Of a stretch of DNA of 64,000 nucleotides, positions 60,101 to 64,000 are shown in pieces (position 1 is the stretch's first letter; the number at the start of each line of letters is the position of its first letter). The notes under the pieces were generated by a model that was not told the DNA's origin, did not search any database, and saw only the letters and a list, made by a program, of their open reading frames with translations. The stretch covers positions 1,530 to 65,529 of the forward strand of contig CAVPXC010000029.1 in the NCBI GenBank assembly GCA_963709505.1, in the 5' to 3' direction. A program made the position numbers and the translations under genes. The DNA is from an uncultured Chloroflexia bacterium. Lineage in GTDB: Bacteria > Chloroflexota > Anaerolineae > JAAEKA01.

Positions 60101-63100
60101 GTTCCTTCGTTGTAGTCCGCTACGTCGTAGGCTGGATCTTCGTCGTCGCCGTCCAGCGTGTCCACGCCCGCGTTGCCGCACAGCTTGTCGTTGTCGACGT
60201 AGGGCCACAGCTCCTTGACGTGCCCGCCGTTGCCAGTCAGGCGGTCGTCCCCATAGCCGCCGACGAGCGTATCGTTGCCCGGCCCACCCAGGATCGTGTC
60301 TTTCCCGCCGGTCATCCCGGGAGCCTCGCAGCCCAGGCCGTCTAGGTCGCCCCACAGTAGGTCGTTATCCGGCCCGCCATCAATGAAGTCGTCGCCGAGG
60401 CCGCCGGTGATTTTATCGATGCCGTCCTGGCCTTCCAGGTACGGCTTCGGCGTATCCGGCGCGCCGGGACTCCACGGGCCGCCGAACAGCGAATCGTCAT
60501 CGTCGCCACCGCCAATCGTATCTCCTCCGGGACCACCCGTCACAGTGTCGTTGCCGGGACCACCATCGATGCGGTCCGCACCCAAGTCGCCGCTCAGAGT
60601 GTCATCTCCCTCTTCGCCGTAGATTTTGTCCTTGTCGCCGCGGCCATTGATCTTGTCGTTGCCGAGGCCACCATAGAGCATATCCACGCCATCGCCACCG
60701 GTAAGCTGATCGTTGTCATCGCCGCCATGTAAGGTACTGGGCGCAATGAATGGAATAACCGAATCGACCTGATAGCTATCGCCGTCATCCCAGGCGTTTT
60801 CTTTGCCGCCTGTTAATATACAGGTGAGTATTGTCTCGGTAATTGCAGTGACAAGACAGCGTGACCCATCGGTCAAGTTTCTTAGCGTAGCTCTGACCGT
60901 TATGCTGCTGCTTACAAATGTGGCATCAGGATCGTTGAGTGTCGCTGAGTCATTGCTACCCCTGTGGAGGCCAGTTTTGCGCACGGCACCTGACTCCAGG
61001 CTAATGATGTCATCACCAATAAATGCATCCTCAGCTAGGATTGAAAATACACTTGGTTTCTTTCCTGGCTCAGGATACTCTTGTGTAATGCCAAAGGCCG
61101 TTACTGAATAGCGTGCGGGCAGCCCAATCGTCAATTGGCGCACGATGAATTTCTCATCCGGCTCACTTTCTTGAATGTTGCGTTCACCAGCCTTGATTCC
61201 AATGTACAAGATCAAATCACCGTTACTATCGACATGTGCCAATTGCGGCGATTCTGGATCACACTGGCCGGAGAAATCTAAAAGCGCTATATTGGCGATC
61301 TCGACACGGAAGGTCTTGCTGAGGAAAGCGAATCCAACGTGTACATAAGCAGCCAGGAATGCTTCTAACTTCCCCGTGACCTTAAAGAGACAAATTGGAT
61401 TTTGGAGTTTGTCGGCGATCTCTTCAGCCCTTAGTTTTCCATCCGGATTCGGTTGATCATCTAGATCCAGGTTGACACTCAATCGGATGCCGCCTTCTAC
61501 GCCTGCGGAGACGATGACGAGTTCGATGCTGGCTGAAGCCGCTACCGTGCCGATGAGCTGGATTTCGGGGACATCGTCGCCGTTGATATCCAAATCGTCG
61601 ATATAGATGCCATCCAACAGATTAGCCCCCGTTCCGTCCTCTTGCAGCGCGCGCCGGATTCCATAGGTATCATAGCCCATGGCAAACCGCCCTTTGATAG
61701 TCCCTGAGCCGGAAAGTCCGATCATAATCGGGATCGGGCCAACCATGATCGGGCCGAAGTTGTATGAAATACCGGCAGTTGCTTTGGCTATGCCTGCGTC
61801 GTAGTGTACAAGTACCACATCCTGCCCCATGAGCAGCAGGAAAATGTTTCCAGCATCATCCATGAAGGGGAAGGTCAGCCCTGGCACACCAAAGGTTCCC
61901 TTATTGGGAGTTCCATCTTTGCGAGGAGACACAGGCGCATTGCTGCCATCAATCTTAGCCATCAGGTTTTTACCTGCGTTTTCTAGATTGATAAGGCTTT
62001 TCACCTGATCGGGCGCAACAGGGCCGGCCATCAGCGCCCTGAAGGTCTCCTTGTCGGCGAGGATACTGAATGATCCGCCGCTGATATCCGATGTCCCTAA
62101 GCTGATGAAACAATTCGTTGTACATTCTGGCAGCTTGTTTGCCAAATTAAGTAAAGCTATCAAGCTTTCCACCATAGAAAGATCAGATCCGCTTGCCGCC
62201 TCCATAAGTGAAATCAGCGTGATCGGATCTTCGCCCACTAATTCCGCCAGATCAGACAGCACTGGCAGCGGCGCTTGTAGGGTTTCTACAACCGGCTGCA
62301 ATGGCGAAGTGACCTGGCGCACACCGCCGACCACCGGGCCGAGGAACTGACCAACAAAGGAACCTGTGTCCATATAAGCATTATCAAACTTAATGGTCAG
62401 CTCCTGGGGATTTGTGCAATTGGCCCAATCCAAATGGAAGGCAGTCACAACACTAGGCAGGCTTGCCGAAGCACCAGTATCAGCGCCAGTACGAATTGCT
62501 AGATTTACCTTAGCCTCACATTTGACGGATGGCGTTATATCTAGGCTGCCGTTCGTTAACTGCCCTAAACTCAAGCGATCACTGCCGCCAAGATTTAACC
62601 CAGTCTCGAGACTAAGCAGAGTACGCGCTGCATCATCGACGCCATTACCATCGTGGATATTGACCTTTAGAAAGCCAAGCGTGCCTTCCAGACAGCGTTT
62701 ACTACCCGGGCCAATATCGAAATTATTGAACTGCGACGGCCATGTGTCAGGGTAACAAGGATCTAGCTTATCACTTGGGCCGTCTGACTTATCACCTAGG
62801 CCGACGGTGGCTTTTAGGACCAGTTCGGGATCGCCATCATCCAGTTCGGGATCGCCATCATTCTGAATCACTACGTACGGGCCGTCTGCACGACTTAAGC
62901 CGATGCCAATGCGTAATTTGTAGCTGGCTTCAGCCTTGAGGGTGCCGCTAGATTTCAGCGGGACGCCAGGGATCCCCAAATCAAACTTTGGTGTGGCCGA
63001 AATCACATCGGACAGCAAGAAGGATACTTGAAGATCCTCAATATCGCTTGCATTGACTGCGTTGCTGCACTCTGTACGACCACAGGTGACGTTGACGTCC

Positions 63101-64000
63101 GAAATATCGATGTCTTTGGCCGAAAGGGCATCGTGGATCTTCTTTTGGATGCCGGTGGCAAAGGTGTCAGCTGTTCCAGTGGCATCCAGCGTTTCCAGCG
63201 CGCTGCTGACTGGTTTAACAAATTCCTCATCCAGCTTGTCTACCAGTTCAGCACCGCCGTCCAGGGCATCGCCTACCAACGGTACGTTGATCGCATTGGC
63301 ACCGCCGTCCAAGGCCACCTCCAAGGTGTCAAGCAATTTGGGCAGTGCCTTGGCCAGCAGCGACCAATCCAGGACGGCATTCTGTATCTTGGTCTTTAGG
63401 TCTGGCGCAAAGACGAACCAGTCTTTACCTGTGGTACCGTCATAACCGAAATCGGGATCGAACGCGTTCAGGTCTTCAGCTCGGAAGCCCACTACACCAA
63501 GTGGGACGCCCGACAACGTCGCTTTTAGGCGCGCACACGCCTGCCCGGTCAACTCTTTGTCATCAACGTCGACCTTATCGCAGTCCTCGGTTTGTCCGGT
63601 CAACTGCGCGCCAACACCGCTCAAAAAATCTTTTAGGGAGAAGGTTTCGCCTGGAATGACGGTGTCCACGTTCTCTAGCGTGACTTGGGCGTTGAGAAAC
63701 GCCTTACCGTCCAAAACGATCTCGATGGGTCCCACATTGGCTTTCATTCCAACATTGGGCGCATTCACGCTGGCTGTGACCACCACATGAGATGTGTCAA
63801 CCACAAACAGATCATCGACTGCAGGCATGAGTTTGAGTGGTACGCCTACGTGTAACTGCGCGTCCAAGCCATAGGACAATCGGAAGTTGTTATTGCTGTC
63901 TAGACCCACCAGATCAGCCAGCCCACCGCCCAGATCCAGATTGAGCGTTTCACTGATAGTATCGCTGGTGTTATAGTCTAGGCGAATGATCAATTCCTTT
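57162..64000 (-). CDS. Giant RTX / hemolysin-type Ca-binding repeat protein (adhesin-like); 5' end outside window, frameshift near 58100
   Basis: Dozens of GGxGxDxLx nonapeptides, recurring D(V/L)(M/V)xGDN and DD(M/L)IGG blocks; ORF 57886-63993 continues in 57162-58097. Confidence 0.9.

Noticed and set aside
1-64000. About 15 frameshifted genes as mass pseudogenisation or programmed frameshifting
   Set aside because: Single-base shifts are scattered over unrelated genes with intact motifs, almost no in-frame stops and no shared slippery site; long-read indel error is the simpler explanation. Read polishing would settle it.

Overview
A 64-kb window from a GC-rich bacterium, probably Chloroflexota (Anaerolineae/Caldilineae-like). 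This taxon is an inference from gene content and repeat families. About 15 otherwise intact genes carry single-base frameshifts, often at homopolymers, which look like long-read assembly indels. There are four blocks. (1) 1-29650 (+): a co-oriented catabolic cluster. It contains a sugar ABC ATPase, two DUF4037 proteins, five URO-D/MtaA-CmuA-family TIM barrels, a GH78 alpha-L-rhamnosidase and a corrinoid/THF methyl-handling module (Virulence_fact-like small protein, RACo, MetV, MetF, AcsE-like). It continues with L-rhamnose isomerase, two class II aldolases, a PHP protein, two extended SorE-like dehydrogenases, an SrlD-like SDR and a two-subunit CoA transferase. Together these suggest an undescribed anaerobic, cobalamin-dependent pathway for O-methylated deoxy-sugars. 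(2) 29678-41139 (+): a defence/accessory island with type I R-M, a Schlafen/AlbA_2 protein, a PD-(D/E)xK protein, SWIM-HTH and an HNH pair. It also has a NYN RNase preceded by its own consensus promoter, a ~55-nt cUUCGg hairpin RNA and a terminator, a layout resembling type III toxin-antitoxin loci. (3) 41209-53041 (mostly -): a STAND adenylate cyclase and a SnoaL-FMO-GNAT-GNAT operon that share an identically spaced heptamer-repeat promoter motif, plus lipoproteins. (4) 53213-64000 (-): a secreted protein with a tandem ~540-aa duplication and a giant RTX-repeat protein cut by the window edge. Many REP-like and heptamer repeat families occur, several inserted in-frame inside proteins. No rRNA, tRNA, CRISPR array, transposase or integrase was seen.
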